Below, one piece after another: positions 41,095 through 52,258 of a DNA stretch of 64,000 nt (its first letter is position 1; the number at the start of each line of letters is the position of its first letter). The position numbers and the translations under genes are program-made. Below the pieces are notes generated by a model that saw nothing but the letters and a program-made list of their open reading frames with translations, had not been told where the DNA came from and did not search any database. The DNA is taken from NCBI GenBank assembly GCA_020445665.1, contig JAGRGD010000278.1, positions 12,987 through 76,986 on the forward strand, in the 5' to 3' direction. Origin of the DNA: Rhodocyclaceae bacterium (GTDB lineage Bacteria > Pseudomonadota > Gammaproteobacteria > Burkholderiales > Rhodocyclaceae).

Positions 41095-42027
41095 GTGACT
41101 ATGCGATTCACCCTGCGCCAGATGGAAGTCTTCGTCGCGGTCGCCCGCAGCGGCAGTGTCTCCGCCGCCGCGCGTGCCCTGTCCCTGTCCCAGTCGGCGA
41201 CCAGTTCCGCCCTGGGGGAACTGGAGCGACAGTTCGACCGGCCGCTGTTCGACCGGGTCGGCAAGTCGGTGCACCTCAACGACAGCGGACGCATGCTGCT
41301 CCCTCGGGCGGTGGCCCTGCTCGACCGGGCCGGGGAGGTGGAGGCGATGCTGCGGGGGCAGACCGCCTTCGGTGCGATCCGAATCGGCGCCACCCTGACC
41401 ATCGGCAACTACCTCGCGACACTGATCGTGGCCGACTACCTGCGGGTGCATCCGGAAGGCCGGGCCACGCTGGCGGTGCACAACACGGCGCGGATCGTCG
41501 AGCAGCTGTTGAATTTCGAGCTGGACCTGGGACTGGTCGAGGGCCAGTGCCGGGCGCCGGACCTGGTGGTCGAGCCCTGGGTGGCGGACGAGCTGGTGGT
41601 GTTCTGCGCGCCAAGTCACCGCCTGGCTGGTCGGCACCTTTCCGGGATCGGCGAGCTGGCGGGTGAACCGTGGATTCTGCGGGAGCAGGGGTCCGGCACC
41701 CGCGAGACCTTCGAGCAGGCCATCCGCCACCTGGAGGAACCCCTCGACGTGCGGCTCGAGCTGGAGCACACCGAGGCGATCAAGCGGGCGGTCGAATCCG
41801 GGCTCGGGCTGGGCTGTATCTCGCGCCTCGCGCTGCGCGATGCCTTTCGCCGCGGCACCCTGGCGCCGATCGAGATCGCGGGGCTGGACCTGGCGCGCAA
41901 CTTTCACTTTGTCTGGCACCGGGCGAAGTACCAGAGCGAGGCCATGCAGAGCTTTCTCGCCCTGTGCCGACATTTCTCGGCAAACGCCGTTCGCAGCGAC
42001 GAGATCGTGCTGCCCGGGCAGCATTGA
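41095..42027 (+). CDS. LysR family regulator divergent from fpr (FinR-like position)
   Basis: MRFTLRQMEVFVAVARSGSVSAAARALSLSQSATSSALGELERQFDRPLFDR is a LysR wHTH. The start is ATG 41095 or 41101. Confidence 0.85.
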   Translation: MTMRFTLRQMEVFVAVARSGSVSAAARALSLSQSATSSALGELERQFDRPLFDRVGKSVHLNDSGRMLLPRAVALLDRAGEVEAMLRGQTAFGAIRIGATLTIGNYLATLIVADYLRVHPEGRATLAVHNTARIVEQLLNFELDLGLVEGQCRAPDLVVEPWVADELVVFCAPSHRLAGRHLSGIGELAGEPWILREQGSGTRETFEQAIRHLEEPLDVRLELEHTEAIKRAVESGLGLGCISRLALRDAFRRGTLAPIEIAGLDLARNFHFVWHRAKYQSEAMQSFLALCRHFSANAVRSDEIVLPGQH

Positions 42028-42060
42028 CGGGGCGAGGGCCCGCGACGGGGTTGCCGGGGA

Positions 42061-45000
42061 TCAGGCGTTGGCGCGGGCGGCCGGGGACTGGTTGCGGTAG
42101 CGCCAGGACGCGCGGGTCCATTCGGGCGGATTGCGCCACTGGCCCATCCACGCCTGCAATTCGTCTGGCTGCAGGGCACCAGCGACCGCGTAGCCCTGGC
42201 CGTGGGTGGCGCCGAGCATGATCAGGGCCTCGCCGTGTTCGATCGACTCGACACCCTCGGCGATGGCCGTGCGGCCGAAGACCCGGGTCAGGCCCAGGAC
42301 GCCCTCGACGATCGCCCGGTGCTCCGGATCGTCGAGGATGTCCCGCACGAAGGACTGGTCGATCTTCAGGGTCGCGGCCGGCAGGTGCTTGAGGTAGGTC
42401 AGCGAGGCGTAGCCGGTACCGAAATCGTCCAGCGCGAAGCTCACGCCGCGGCGGGCGCAGCGCTCCATCAGGGTCACCACCCGTGGCAGGTCGGCCAGCG
42501 CCGCCGACTCGAGAATCTCGACCTCGAGGAGGTGGGGCGGGAAGGCGGGGTGGCGCGCCAGCAGGGCCTCCAGGCGGACAGCGAACTCGGCGCCCAGTAT
42601 CTGGCCTGCCGTCACGTTCACCGATACCGGGATGGATTGCCCGGCGGCGTGCCACTCGGCCGCCTGGGCGACGGCGGTCTCGAGACACCATTCACCGATC
42701 GCGACCAGCAGCTCGTCGTCGTTGATGCGGGAGATGAAGTCGGCGGGCATCAGCAGGCCGCGCTCGGCGTGCTGCCAGCGCAGCAGGGCCTCGACACCGA
42801 TCACCTTGCCGTCGTCGAAGCGGACCTTGGGCTGGTAGTGCAGGCGCAGCTGGCCCTTGTCGAGGGCCGCGCGCACCTCGCAGACCGCGCGCCGGTGGAT
42901 GCTGAGGCGCCGATCCTGCTCGGTGTCGAACAGGTGGCAGGCGTCCCGTCCCCCCTGCTTGGCCGAATAGAGGGCCTGGTCGGCGTGGCGGAGCAGGGTG
43001 TCGGGGTCGCCGCCGTCAAGGGGATAGAGGGTGGCACCCACCGAGGCGGTCAGGCGGACGACACCGGAGGGCCGCTCGAAGGGCAGGCGCATGCGGGTTA
43101 GGAACTCGGCGACCCGGGCGTCACAGTGCTCGGGCGACTCGATATCGGTCAGGAGCAGCACGAATTCGTCGCCCCCCAGACGGGCCAGGGTGTCACTCGG
43201 GCCGAGCGCCTCCTGCAGCCTTCGCGACACCTCGATCAGCAACTTGTCGCCTTCGGCCGCGCCCCAGCGCTCATTCACCGGCTTGAAGTGGTCCACATCG
43301 AGCATGCACACCGCGAGCAGCCGGTTGTTGCGCTGGGCCATCGCGATCGCCTGCTGCATCAGCTCGCCCAGCTGGTTGCGGTTGGGCAGGGCGGTCAGCG
43401 CGTCGTGGCGGGCGAGGTGGGCGATCAATTGCTGGCTGTCCCGCAGATCGGAGATGTCGCTGGTGAAACCGATGTAGTAGCCGACCTTGCCGTCGCGGTC
43501 CGGCATCGACACGATGCGGGTGCTCTGGAGGTAGAAGCTGCCGTCCTTGCGACGGTTGCTGAGCTCGCCCTGCCAGATCCCGTCTTCCCGCAGGGTGGAC
43601 CACAGGGCCCGGTAGAAAGCCGGTTCCTGGTGTCCGGACGAGAGAATTCGCGGATTTTGGCCGATCAGTTCCTTGCGGTCATAGCCGGTGGACGCGCAGT
43701 AGGCTTCGTTGGCCTCGATGATGCGCGCCTCGGCATCCGTGACGATGATGCCTTCCTGGGCCGAGGCGAACACGCGGGCCCACAGGGCCAGGTTGTCCTC
43801 GATCTGGCGAATCGCGGTGATGTCGGTCTGGGCGAAGACCACCCGCTCGGGCCGGCCGTTGTCGTCGCGAGAGACGACGCGGCCCCGCTCCCGCACCCAG
43901 ACGTCGCTGCCGTCGGGGCGCCGCATGCGATGCTCGCTGCGGAAGGAAGCCGTCTGGCCGGCCAGATGCCGGTCGAGATTCTGCAGGCAGCGACCCAGGT
44001 CAGCCGGGTGAATGAGCCCTTCCCAGCTCTCCTGGCGGTCGTCGATGTCGCCGGCCTGAAGGCCGAGCTGGGCGAGCCAGCGGTGGGAATAGGTGATGCG
44101 CCGCGCGGCGACATCCCACTCCCGGATCCCGTTGTCGGCTTCGTCGAGGGCGGTCCGGTGGCGTTCCAGCTCGGCGATGCGTCCATCGCGCACGGCCAGG
44201 CGCTGGGTGGCGTCCTCGACGAGCAGGCCGGCCTGGCCGGGCCCGACCGGGAAGAGCCTCAGGTCGACGCGACGCGAACCGTCGGAGCCATCAAGCCGAT
44301 AGTCGCTGGCGTGCCAGGTGGTGCCTTCGCGTGCGACCCGGACGAGCTCGTCACGAATGCCCAGGGCGGCCGGGTCGGGCAGGCCGCTGTCTGCGGAGAC
44401 CGGCAGCAACTGACGCGCCACCGGATTGCAGGCGAACGCGACCGGCAGCCCGCGTCGGTCGGCGTCAAAACACACCACGCCGACCGGGGCGCCGGCAATC
44501 AGATGGTCGAGTCGTTGCTCACTGTTGCTGGCGCGCCGGGCGAAGCGGTACGCAATCAGGCAGGCAGCAACAAGCACTGCCAGGGTCACGGCGGCGCGGG
44601 CGATGGCCTGCTTCCATGGGGCGAGGATCTCGTCCTGTCGCTGGGAGACGCTGACGATCAGCGGATGCGGCTCGATGCGCCGGACGGCGATGCGTCGTGT
44701 CGCTTCATCGATGGGCGAGCGGGCGGTGAATATGGTTTCCGAGACACGACCGGCCAGCAGGTCGGCGACCTCGGGGAGCGTGACGCGCGAGCCGATCAGA
44801 CTCTCGGTGAACGGGTGACGCATCAGCAGGGTGGCTTCGCGGTTCCAGACGGCCACTGAGGTGCCGGCGCCCAGGCCCAGATCCCGATAGAAGGAGAGGA
44901 AGGTGCGCTCGAGACCGACGTGTGCTGCCAGCACACCGGCGAAGTTGCCCGCGGGGTCGGTGACGGGCTGGGCCAGCAGGAGCCCCCAGCGGCCGCTGTG

Positions 45001-45492
45001 CTGGCCTCGGACGGTGGCGGTCAGCAAGGGCTGCCCGGGGTGGTTTCGCAGCGTCTCGAAGTACGCTTCGCCGGCCATGGTGCCGCGCGCCGATACGCCG
45101 GCCGAACTGGCGACCAGCGTGCCATCCGCCTGGGCCAGCATCAGGTCATCGACCGCGGGGGTCTGGGTGACGGACTGGGCAAGGACGGCGGAGAGGGCAG
45201 CGGGGTCGATGCTGGCATTGGCCAGGTAACCGCTTGTCGTCAACTCCAGCCCGGCGTGGTGGAGCCCCAGCAGGGTGGCGTCCATGACACCGCTGGCCTG
45301 CTCGCTGACCAGGCGTGCCAGCGAGGTGAGCCGTTCGCTGGCGTCGGCCTCGAGTGCCTGACGCTGACGCACCAGATCGACGACGATCCAGGTGGCGACC
45401 AGCAGGGCAACGAACCACAGGAGCAGGAGGGGGCGCGGCGCGCGGGTCATGAGGGGCGTTGTTCGCGGATGTCGGTCGCGCGATTCATTCAT
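42061..45492 (-). CDS. Membrane sensor with periplasmic (Cache-like) domain, PAS domains, GGDEF and EAL domains
   Basis: The layout is TM, a periplasmic region of about 250 aa and a second TM, then PAS repeats. A GGDEF domain (RLGGDEFVLLL) and an EAL domain (EALLRW...DDFGTGYASL...KID) follow. Confidence 0.9.
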   Translation of the reverse strand: MNESRDRHPRTTPLMTRAPRPLLLLWFVALLVATWIVVDLVRQRQALEADASERLTSLARLVSEQASGVMDATLLGLHHAGLELTTSGYLANASIDPAALSAVLAQSVTQTPAVDDLMLAQADGTLVASSAGVSARGTMAGEAYFETLRNHPGQPLLTATVRGQHSGRWGLLLAQPVTDPAGNFAGVLAAHVGLERTFLSFYRDLGLGAGTSVAVWNREATLLMRHPFTESLIGSRVTLPEVADLLAGRVSETIFTARSPIDEATRRIAVRRIEPHPLIVSVSQRQDEILAPWKQAIARAAVTLAVLVAACLIAYRFARRASNSEQRLDHLIAGAPVGVVCFDADRRGLPVAFACNPVARQLLPVSADSGLPDPAALGIRDELVRVAREGTTWHASDYRLDGSDGSRRVDLRLFPVGPGQAGLLVEDATQRLAVRDGRIAELERHRTALDEADNGIREWDVAARRITYSHRWLAQLGLQAGDIDDRQESWEGLIHPADLGRCLQNLDRHLAGQTASFRSEHRMRRPDGSDVWVRERGRVVSRDDNGRPERVVFAQTDITAIRQIEDNLALWARVFASAQEGIIVTDAEARIIEANEAYCASTGYDRKELIGQNPRILSSGHQEPAFYRALWSTLREDGIWQGELSNRRKDGSFYLQSTRIVSMPDRDGKVGYYIGFTSDISDLRDSQQLIAHLARHDALTALPNRNQLGELMQQAIAMAQRNNRLLAVCMLDVDHFKPVNERWGAAEGDKLLIEVSRRLQEALGPSDTLARLGGDEFVLLLTDIESPEHCDARVAEFLTRMRLPFERPSGVVRLTASVGATLYPLDGGDPDTLLRHADQALYSAKQGGRDACHLFDTEQDRRLSIHRRAVCEVRAALDKGQLRLHYQPKVRFDDGKVIGVEALLRWQHAERGLLMPADFISRINDDELLVAIGEWCLETAVAQAAEWHAAGQSIPVSVNVTAGQILGAEFAVRLEALLARHPAFPPHLLEVEILESAALADLPRVVTLMERCARRGVSFALDDFGTGYASLTYLKHLPAATLKIDQSFVRDILDDPEHRAIVEGVLGLTRVFGRTAIAEGVESIEHGEALIMLGATHGQGYAVAGALQPDELQAWMGQWRNPPEWTRASWRYRNQSPAARANA

Positions 45493-45701
45493 TGCTCATA
45501 TGAGATGCCGCTAGGGTATACGCTTGCCGCCACGAAGCAATATGTCGCTCGTGCGAAATGCCACGACGCCGGCCAGAATCCGCCAGATGGCAGCGATTGA
45601 TGGCGAATCGCGAATATGCCGACGGCGTGGTCCGGCGACTTTTCCCGCGCCGTCGCGGCGGGTGGCAAGCGGCGCGCCTTCCCCTGCGCCGCGGTTGCCA
45701 C

Positions 45702-48596
45702 CTACTCGTATGCGTCCATCGGGACGCAGGCGCAGAACAGGTTGCGGTCGCCATAGACGTCGTCGATGCGCGCAACCGCCGGCCAGAACTTGTTCTCGGC
45801 CACCCAGGGGAGCGGAAATACCGCCTGTTGCCGAGAGTAGGGGTGCGTCCAGTCGCCGATCAGGGTCGCCTGGGCGTGGGGGGCATTCTTCAGCGGATTG
45901 TCGTCCGCCGGCCACTGGCCATCCTCGACCTGCCGGATCTCCTCGCGGATCGCGATCATCGCGTCGACGAAGCGGTCCAGTTCGGCCTTGGATTCGCTCT
46001 CGGTCGGCTCGACCATCATGGTGCCGGCCACCGGGAAGGACATGGTCGGCGCGTGAAAGCCGTAGTCCATCAGGCGCTTGGCAATGTCCACCTCACTGAT
46101 GCCACAGGCGGACCTGATCGGGCGGATGTCGAGAATGCACTCATGGGCCACGCGTCCCTGGCTGCCTGTGTAGAGCACCGGGTAGTGGCCCTCGAGTCGG
46201 CTGGCGAGGTAGTTGGCGTTGAGGATTGCGGTCTCGGTGGCACGGCGCAGGCCCTCGGCGCCCATCATCGTGATGTACATCCACGAGATCGGGAGGATGC
46301 TCGCCGAGCCGAAGGTGGCGGCCGAGACGGCGCCCTGACCCGCATTCGGCCGGCCGTCGTCGCCGGTCGCCACCAGCACGTGGTCGGCCATGAACGGCGC
46401 GAGGTGTGCCTTCAGGCCGATCGGGCCCATGCCCGGGCCGCCGCCGCCGTGGGGGATGCAGAAGGTCTTGTGCAGGTTCATGTGCGAGACGTCGGCGCCG
46501 ATGATCGCCGGCGACGTCAGCCCGACCTGGGCGTTCAGGTTGGCGCCGTCCATATAGACCTGTCCGCCGCTGTCGTGAACGCTTGCGCAGATCTCGCGAA
46601 TGGCTTCCTCGAACACGCCGTGGGTGGAGGGGTAGGTGATCATCAGGCAGCCGAGGTTGTCGGCGTGCGCATCGATCCTGGCGCGCAGGTCGTCCACATC
46701 GACGTTGCCGTTGTCGTCGCAATTCACCACCACCACCCGCATCCCGCACATCTGCGCGGTGGCCGGGTTGGTGCCGTGCGCCGAGCGGGGAATCAGGCAC
46801 ACGTCGCGGTGCCCTTCGCCGCGGCTGGCGTGGTAGCGGCGGATTGCGACCAGACCCGCGTACTCGCCCTGGGCACCGGAGTTGGGCTGCATCGAGATGG
46901 CGTCGAAGCCGGTCACCGCCTTCAGGTAATTGGCCAGGCCGTCGATCATCTCGAGGTAGCCCGCCGCCTGTTCGGCCGGCGCGAAGGGGTGCAGGCCGCC
47001 GAACTCGGGCCAGGTGACCGGGATCATCTCGCTGGTGGCATTGAGCTTCATCGTGCACGAGCCCAGCGAGATCATCGAGTGATCCAGCGCCAGGTCCTTG
47101 TTCTGCAGCCGCTTCAGGTAGCGCAGCATTTCGTGCTCGGTGTGGTGCTCGTTGAACACCGGGTGCTGCAGGATCGCCGAATCACGCCGCAGGCCGGCCG
47201 GCAGCCGTGTGCCAACGGCACCTGCGACGCGGCTGTCGAGGGTCTCGACGGCTGTGGCGCAGCCGAACACGCCGAGCAGCGTGGCCAGCTCGTCGGCCCG
47301 GGTGGTTTCGTCGCAGGACAGGCCGAGGGTGGCATCGTCGACCCGTCGCAGGTTGAAGCCGGTGGCCAGTGCGGCCGCCAGCAGCGCGTCGGTGCGCGCG
47401 CCAGTCGCGACGTGGAAGGTGTCGAAGAAGTGCGCCGTCAGGACCTCGAAGCCCGCCTCGGAGATACCGTCGGCGAGGATCGCCGCCATGCGATGGACCC
47501 GTACCGCGATCGTCGCGAGCCCTTCGGGTCCGTGCCAGACCGCGTAGAAGCCGGCCATGTTGGCGAGCAGCACCTGGGAGGTGCAGATATTGGAGTTGGC
47601 CTTCTCCCGGCGGATGTGCTGCTCGCGCGTCTGCAGGGCCATGCGCAGCGCGGTGTTGCCCGCGGCATCCTTCGACACACCGATGACCCGGCCGGGCATG
47701 GCCCGGACGTTGGCCTGGCGGGTGGCGAAGAAGGCGGCGTGGGGGCCGCCGTAGCCCATCGGCACGCCGAAGCGCTGGGCCGAACCGAGACAGATGTCGG
47801 CGCCCATCTCGCCAGGGGGGCGCAGCAGCACCAGGGCCATCAGGTCGCTCGCGACCGCGGTCACCGCCCCGCTGGCCTTGAGGTTGGCGATGATGTCCGT
47901 CAGGTCGGTGATCGATCCGCGCTGGTCCGGGTACTGCAGCAGGGCACCAAAGACCTCTTGGTTCGGCGCCTTCGCGGCGTCGTCGATGACGAGCTCGAAG
48001 CCGAAGTACTCGGCGCGGGTTCGCACCACGTCGATGGTCTGCGGAAACGCGTTGGCGTCCACGAAGAAGCGATTGGATTTGCTGCGCGAGACCCGGCGGG
48101 CCATGGCCATGGCTTCGGCGGCGGCGGTGGCCTCGTCGAGGAGCGAGGCGTTGGCCAGTTCCATGCCGGTGAGGTCGATCACCATCTGCTGGAAGTTCAG
48201 CAGCGCTTCGAGTCGCCCCTGCGCGATCTCCGCCTGGTAGGGCGTGTAGGCGGTGTACCAGCCCGGGTTCTCCATCACGTTGCGCAATACGACCGGCGGC
48301 GTGTGGGTGTCGTAGTAGCCCAGTCCGATCAGGCTGCGCAGCACCCGGTTGCGCCGGGCGATGGTCTTGAGCCGGCCGAGGGCCTCGACCTCCGGCACCG
48401 GCCCTGCCAGCGGCAGCGCGCCGGGCAGGCGGATGCTCGCCGGTATGGTCTGCCTGATCAGCTCGTCGATGTCTGGGACGCCCAGGGCGGCCAGCATCGG
48501 AGGCAATTCCATTGCGGACGGGCCCAGGTGGCGATCGATGAAATCGGCGCGTTGCTCGAGGGTCGTGAGGGGGGCGGACAGCAGGGTGTCGGACAT
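45702..48596 (-). CDS. gcvP: Glycine dehydrogenase (decarboxylating), P protein
   Basis: It is a 964-aa single-chain GcvP (FIDRHLGP...[23 protein letters not shown]...[19 protein letters not shown]). Confidence 0.97.
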   Translation of the reverse strand: MSDTLLSAPLTTLEQRADFIDRHLGPSAMELPPMLAALGVPDIDELIRQTIPASIRLPGALPLAGPVPEVEALGRLKTIARRNRVLRSLIGLGYYDTHTPPVVLRNVMENPGWYTAYTPYQAEIAQGRLEALLNFQQMVIDLTGMELANASLLDEATAAAEAMAMARRVSRSKSNRFFVDANAFPQTIDVVRTRAEYFGFELVIDDAAKAPNQEVFGALLQYPDQRGSITDLTDIIANLKASGAVTAVASDLMALVLLRPPGEMGADICLGSAQRFGVPMGYGGPHAAFFATRQANVRAMPGRVIGVSKDAAGNTALRMALQTREQHIRREKANSNICTSQVLLANMAGFYAVWHGPEGLATIAVRVHRMAAILADGISEAGFEVLTAHFFDTFHVATGARTDALLAAALATGFNLRRVDDATLGLSCDETTRADELATLLGVFGCATAVETLDSRVAGAVGTRLPAGLRRDSAILQHPVFNEHHTEHEMLRYLKRLQNKDLALDHSMISLGSCTMKLNATSEMIPVTWPEFGGLHPFAPAEQAAGYLEMIDGLANYLKAVTGFDAISMQPNSGAQGEYAGLVAIRRYHASRGEGHRDVCLIPRSAHGTNPATAQMCGMRVVVVNCDDNGNVDVDDLRARIDAHADNLGCLMITYPSTHGVFEEAIREICASVHDSGGQVYMDGANLNAQVGLTSPAIIGADVSHMNLHKTFCIPHGGGGPGMGPIGLKAHLAPFMADHVLVATGDDGRPNAGQGAVSAATFGSASILPISWMYITMMGAEGLRRATETAILNANYLASRLEGHYPVLYTGSQGRVAHECILDIRPIRSACGISEVDIAKRLMDYGFHAPTMSFPVAGTMMVEPTESESKAELDRFVDAMIAIREEIRQVEDGQWPADDNPLKNAPHAQATLIGDWTHPYSRQQAVFPLPWVAENKFWPAVARIDDVYGDRNLFCACVPMDAYE

Positions 48597-48655
48597 GGCG
48601 GGAACTCGCGGGTGGCGTCGTGCCCGGCCATGGCCGGGCGCGGACAGGGGCAGCG

Positions 48656-49042
48656 TCAGGCGTCGGCGATCTCGGACTGGTAGCCGGCCGCATCGAGCAG
48701 GGCGCCGAGATCGGCCCCGTCAGCGGGGCGAAGCTTGAACAGCCAGGCGGCGTAGGCGTCGCTATTGACCGACTCGGGCGCGTCTATCGCTGCCTCGTTG
48801 TGCGCGAGCACGGTGCCGGCGACCGGCGCGTAGATGTCCGACGCGGCCTTTACGGACTCGATCACCGCGACCGCTTCGCCGGCATCGACGTCGCGCTCGG
48901 CCTCGGGCAGCTCGAGGAAGACGATGTCGCCCAGCGCTTCCTGGGCGTGGTCGGTGATGCCGATGGTCAGGCTGCCGTCGGCCTCGACGCGGATCCACTC
49001 GTGGGATTTGGTGTATTTCAGTTCGGCGGGAATGTTGCTCAT
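48656..49042 (-). CDS. gcvH: Glycine cleavage system H protein
   Basis: [13 protein letters not shown]...[20 protein letters not shown] carries the lipoyl-lysine motif. Confidence 0.97.
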   Translation of the reverse strand: MSNIPAELKYTKSHEWIRVEADGSLTIGITDHAQEALGDIVFLELPEAERDVDAGEAVAVIESVKAASDIYAPVAGTVLAHNEAAIDAPESVNSDAYAAWLFKLRPADGADLGALLDAAGYQSEIADA

Positions 49043-49105
49043 GGGATATCTCCGGGTCGGATGGTTCGGTCCGGTTCCGCGACGGGAGACCGGCCCAACG
49101 GGGGA

Positions 49106-50188
49106 TCAGACGAGGGCTTTGCCGTTTCGCACGAAGGGCGGCTTGACAGTTGTGGCAGGGACCTTTCGCCCCCGGATATCCACCTGGACCGTCTCGCCCG
49201 GCGCCACCGCCAGCGGCAGTCGGGCTATTGCGATGGCTTTCTCGAGCGAGGGCGAGAAGGTGCCGCTGGTGGTTTCACCTTCACCATGCTCGGTTTCGAC
49301 CTTCATGTGGGCGCGCAGCACGCCCTTGCCGTCGAGGACGAGGCCGAGCAGGCGGCGACGTGCGCCGTTGGTCTCGAGCGGCTCGCGACCGACAAACTGG
49401 CGCGCCTCATCGCTGAAATCGACGGTCCAGGCGAGGCCGGCGTCGAGGGGCGACGTGTCGTCGTCCATGTCCTGTCCGTACAGGTTCATGCCGGCCTCGA
49501 GCCGCAAGGTGTCGCGGGCACCCAGGCCGCAGGGGGCCACGCCGGCCGCGGCGAGGGCGTTCCAGACCGCTTCGGCCCGGGCTGCCGGGATCGTCAACTC
49601 GAAGCCGTCTTCACCGGTGTAGCCGGTCCGCGCGATCAGGATGTCCTCGAAGCTTGCGGCCTGGAAGGGCTTGAGCCCGGCGCTGGCCCCTTCGGCGCCA
49701 GGCAGGGCCTGCCAGGTGCGCTGGCGGGCCTCGGGCCCCTGAACCGCGATCATCGCCAGGTCGCGCCGCGCCTCAAGGGTGACGTTGGCGCCGGTTCGGG
49801 CGATGCGGTCGCGCATCCACGCGACGTCCTTGTCGGCGGTGCCAGCGTTCACGACAATGCGGTAGCGGTCATCGGCGAAGTAATAGACGATCAGGTCATC
49901 GATGACGCCCCCCGACGGGTTCAGCATGCAGCTGTAGAGTGCCTTTCCAGGCACCGCGAGCTTCGCCACATCGTTGGCGAGCAGGCCCCGCAGGTAGCGG
50001 CGCGCGTCGGCGCCCTCCAGGTCAAGGGCCAGCATGTGCGAGACGTCGAACATGCCCGCAGCCCGGCGCACCACGTGGTGTTCCTCGATCTGCGAGCCAT
50101 AGTTGACCGGCATGTCCCAGCCGGCGAAATCCACCATCCGGGCGCCGGCGGCGAGGTGGGCGGCGTGGAGCGGGGTGTGCTTGGACAT
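49106..50188 (-). CDS. gcvT: Aminomethyltransferase, T protein
   Basis: [57 protein letters not shown] lies 7 nt before the ATG at 50188. The longer track ORF running to 50797 crosses the riboswitch and is rejected. Confidence 0.95.
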   Translation of the reverse strand: MSKHTPLHAAHLAAGARMVDFAGWDMPVNYGSQIEEHHVVRRAAGMFDVSHMLALDLEGADARRYLRGLLANDVAKLAVPGKALYSCMLNPSGGVIDDLIVYYFADDRYRIVVNAGTADKDVAWMRDRIARTGANVTLEARRDLAMIAVQGPEARQRTWQALPGAEGASAGLKPFQAASFEDILIARTGYTGEDGFELTIPAARAEAVWNALAAAGVAPCGLGARDTLRLEAGMNLYGQDMDDDTSPLDAGLAWTVDFSDEARQFVGREPLETNGARRRLLGLVLDGKGVLRAHMKVETEHGEGETTSGTFSPSLEKAIAIARLPLAVAPGETVQVDIRGRKVPATTVKPPFVRNGKALV

Positions 50189-50226
50189 GGGCGGGTCTCC
50201 ATTCGAACAGGTGCAGTGTAGGCAAC

Positions 50227-50265
50227 AAAAAGGGGACGCGTCGCCCCCGTGGGCCATGCGTCCCC
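50227..50265 (-). terminator. Intrinsic terminator forming the expression platform of the glycine riboswitch
   Basis: The minus strand reads GGGGACGC-(18 nt)-GCGUCCCC followed by UUUUUGUU. It lies between aptamer 2 and the gcvT RBS. Confidence 0.7.
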
Positions 50266-50267
50266 AT

Positions 50268-50432
50268 CTGTCCCTTGTACCTGAGAGATTGCCGCCATCC
50301 GGCAGCGTGCCCCTTCGGTGGACGGCCAGACTGCCGTCGCTCTCCAGATTTGTCCTGCTGCCTGCGGTCCGTTTGCCTGAGCGGTTCCGGGGGTTACGCC
50401 TTCGGCGGCTCTCTCGAGCACTCTCCCACAGG
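50268..50432 (-). promoter_or_regulatory. Tandem glycine riboswitch (two aptamers)
   Basis: Minus-strand aptamer 1 reads GGGAGAG...GCCGAAGGCG...CUCAGGCAAACGGAC. Aptamer 2 reads CUGGAGAG...CACCGAAGGGGCA...CUCUCAGGUACAAGGGACAG. Both carry the conserved glycine-aptamer core strings and sit upstream of gcvT. Confidence 0.9.
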
Positions 50433-50440
50433 TCGGCCGG

Positions 50441-50469
50441 ACGATAGCATCGGGCGGGACGCCCGGCAA
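50441..50469 (-). promoter_or_regulatory. Putative sigma70 promoter of the riboswitch-gcvTHP transcript
   Basis: The minus strand reads TTGCCG-N17-TATCGT and ends about 10 nt before the first aptamer. Confidence 0.45.
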
Positions 50470-50494
50470 GCCGCCGGGGCGATAGAATGGCGGG

Positions 50495-51385
50495 ATGACG
50501 CCTTCCAGAAGTCGCTATCTCGACATCCGCGGCCTGAGCATCCATCTGCGCGAGTGGGGCGAGACGGGCGCGCCGCGTCTGTTCCTGCTCCACGGATGGA
50601 TGGATCACTCGGCCAGCTTCCAGTTCGTGGTCGATGCACTGGCTGGCGAATGGCATGTCGTGGCGCCGGACTGGCGGGGCTTCGGGCTCAGTGGTCGTTC
50701 GCCGGAGGGGTACTGGTTCCCTGATTACCTGGCGGATCTTGAGGCGATCGTTGCATCGGTGGCGAGCGACGACGCACCGATCACCCTCGTCGGCCACAGC
50801 ATGGGGGGCAATGTGGCGGCGCTCTATGCCGGCGTGCGGCCGCGCAGTGTCGGGCGGCTGGTGCTGCTCGATGCCTTTGGCCTCGCCGACCGCCCGCCCG
50901 AGGAGGCCCCCGGGCGCTACGAGAAATGGCTCAACGAACTCGCTCGCCCGCAGGTCTTCCGCGGCTACGAGAGCGTCGCGGCCTACGCCGCCCGGCTGCG
51001 CCAGGACAATCCGCGGCTGAGCGGGGAGCAGGCCACCTTCCTGGCCGAGACCTCACTCCGTCCGGATGGCTCGGGGCAGTACGTGCTCCACGGCGATCCG
51101 GCCCACCGCAGGGTCAATCCGGTGCTCTACCGACGCGCCGAGGCGATGGCCTGCTGGCGGCGTGTGCAGGCGCCCGTCCTGTCACTGGTTCCGTCCGGCA
51201 CCGGCCTGCGTCGTCTGCTCGGGGTCGAGGACGAAGCGCACCACGCGGGTCAGGCCTGCTTCGCGGACTTCCGTGAGGTGGTGATCGGCGATGCCGGGCA
51301 CAATCTGCACCACGACCAGCCGGAACGTGTCGCGGCGTTCCTCGAGGCCTTTGTGCTGCGGGGCGAGATCGAGGCGCCTGCATGA
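50495..51385 (+). CDS. Alpha/beta hydrolase
   Basis: [14 protein letters not shown] and the nucleophile elbow GHSMGG are present, with a late His in [12 protein letters not shown]. Confidence 0.85.
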   Translation: MTPSRSRYLDIRGLSIHLREWGETGAPRLFLLHGWMDHSASFQFVVDALAGEWHVVAPDWRGFGLSGRSPEGYWFPDYLADLEAIVASVASDDAPITLVGHSMGGNVAALYAGVRPRSVGRLVLLDAFGLADRPPEEAPGRYEKWLNELARPQVFRGYESVAAYAARLRQDNPRLSGEQATFLAETSLRPDGSGQYVLHGDPAHRRVNPVLYRRAEAMACWRRVQAPVLSLVPSGTGLRRLLGVEDEAHHAGQACFADFREVVIGDAGHNLHHDQPERVAAFLEAFVLRGEIEAPA

Positions 51386-52242
51386 GCCCCTTCCGCAATC
51401 CGGACCTGCACTGCCATTCGACCCGCTCCGACGGTTTCCTGACGCCGCGAGCGGTGGTCGAGCGGGCCGTCGCCAACGGTGTCGATCTGCTCGCCCTGAC
51501 CGACCACGACGAACTCGGCGGCATCGACGAGGCGCTCGCGGCGGCGGAGGGGTCAGGGCTCAAGCTGCTGCCCGGTGTCGAGATCTCGGTCAGCTTCGTC
51601 GGCGAGACCATCCATGTGGTCGGTCTCGACATCGATCATCGCGAACCGACCCTGGTCACGGCTTTGTCGCAATTGCGCGCCGGCCGGGCGGAGCGGGCGG
51701 TTCGCATCGGTGACGAGCTGGCGCGCCGCGGCATCCGTGGTGCCCTGGCCGGGGCGCGGGCGCTGGCCCCTAACCCGGAACTGGTCAGTCGCGCCCATTT
51801 CGCCCGTTTCATCGTCTCGACCGGCCTGATGCCCGACGTCAAGACGGTGTTCGATCACTACCTCGCCACCGGCAAGCCGGGCTACGTGGTCCATCAGTGG
51901 GCCGAACTCGAGGCCGCTGTGGGCTGGATCCGCGGTGCCGGCGGTTTGCCGGTGCTGGCCCATCCGGCCCGCTATCGGCTCTCCTCGGCACAGATGGAAA
52001 ACCTGCTCGACCGCTTCCAGGCGGCCGGCGGCGAGGGCATTGAGGTGGTCGGTGGCGCGCACACGCCCGAGGAGATGATGCGCTTCGCCCAGGTTGCCCG
52101 GCGACGAGGGTTGCTGGCCTCGCGGGCGTCGGATTTCCACGGTGTGGAGGAGATCCGGGTGGACCTCGGTGGCTGCAACCCCTTGCCCCAGGATCTGGTT
52201 CCGGTATGGTCGCGCTTTTGCGCGCGTGCGCAGGTCCGCTGA
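51382..52242 (+). CDS. trpH: PHP domain protein TrpH/YciV (RNase AM-like)
   Basis: DLHCHSTRSDGFLTPRAVVERAVANGVDLLALTDHD is the PHP metal-binding N-terminus. It is followed by yciO, as in E. coli. Confidence 0.85.
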   Translation: MSPFRNPDLHCHSTRSDGFLTPRAVVERAVANGVDLLALTDHDELGGIDEALAAAEGSGLKLLPGVEISVSFVGETIHVVGLDIDHREPTLVTALSQLRAGRAERAVRIGDELARRGIRGALAGARALAPNPELVSRAHFARFIVSTGLMPDVKTVFDHYLATGKPGYVVHQWAELEAAVGWIRGAGGLPVLAHPARYRLSSAQMENLLDRFQAAGGEGIEVVGGAHTPEEMMRFAQVARRRGLLASRASDFHGVEEIRVDLGGCNPLPQDLVPVWSRFCARAQVR

Positions 52243-52258
52243 AAGCGCGGCGATTTCC

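Noticed and set aside
45558-48683. 1041-aa plus-strand ORF
   Set aside because: It is the exact antisense shadow of gcvP, which has unambiguous family motifs on the minus strand.
49106-50797. 563-aa version of the gcvT ORF and the N-terminal extensions of several track ORFs (e.g. 5297..6637, 16832..18049, 37244..38641, 52094..52891, 15209..15907)
   Set aside because: The extensions are Arg/Pro-rich and overlap neighbouring genes or the riboswitch. They precede internal ATG or GTG codons that carry RBSs and align with the family N-termini.
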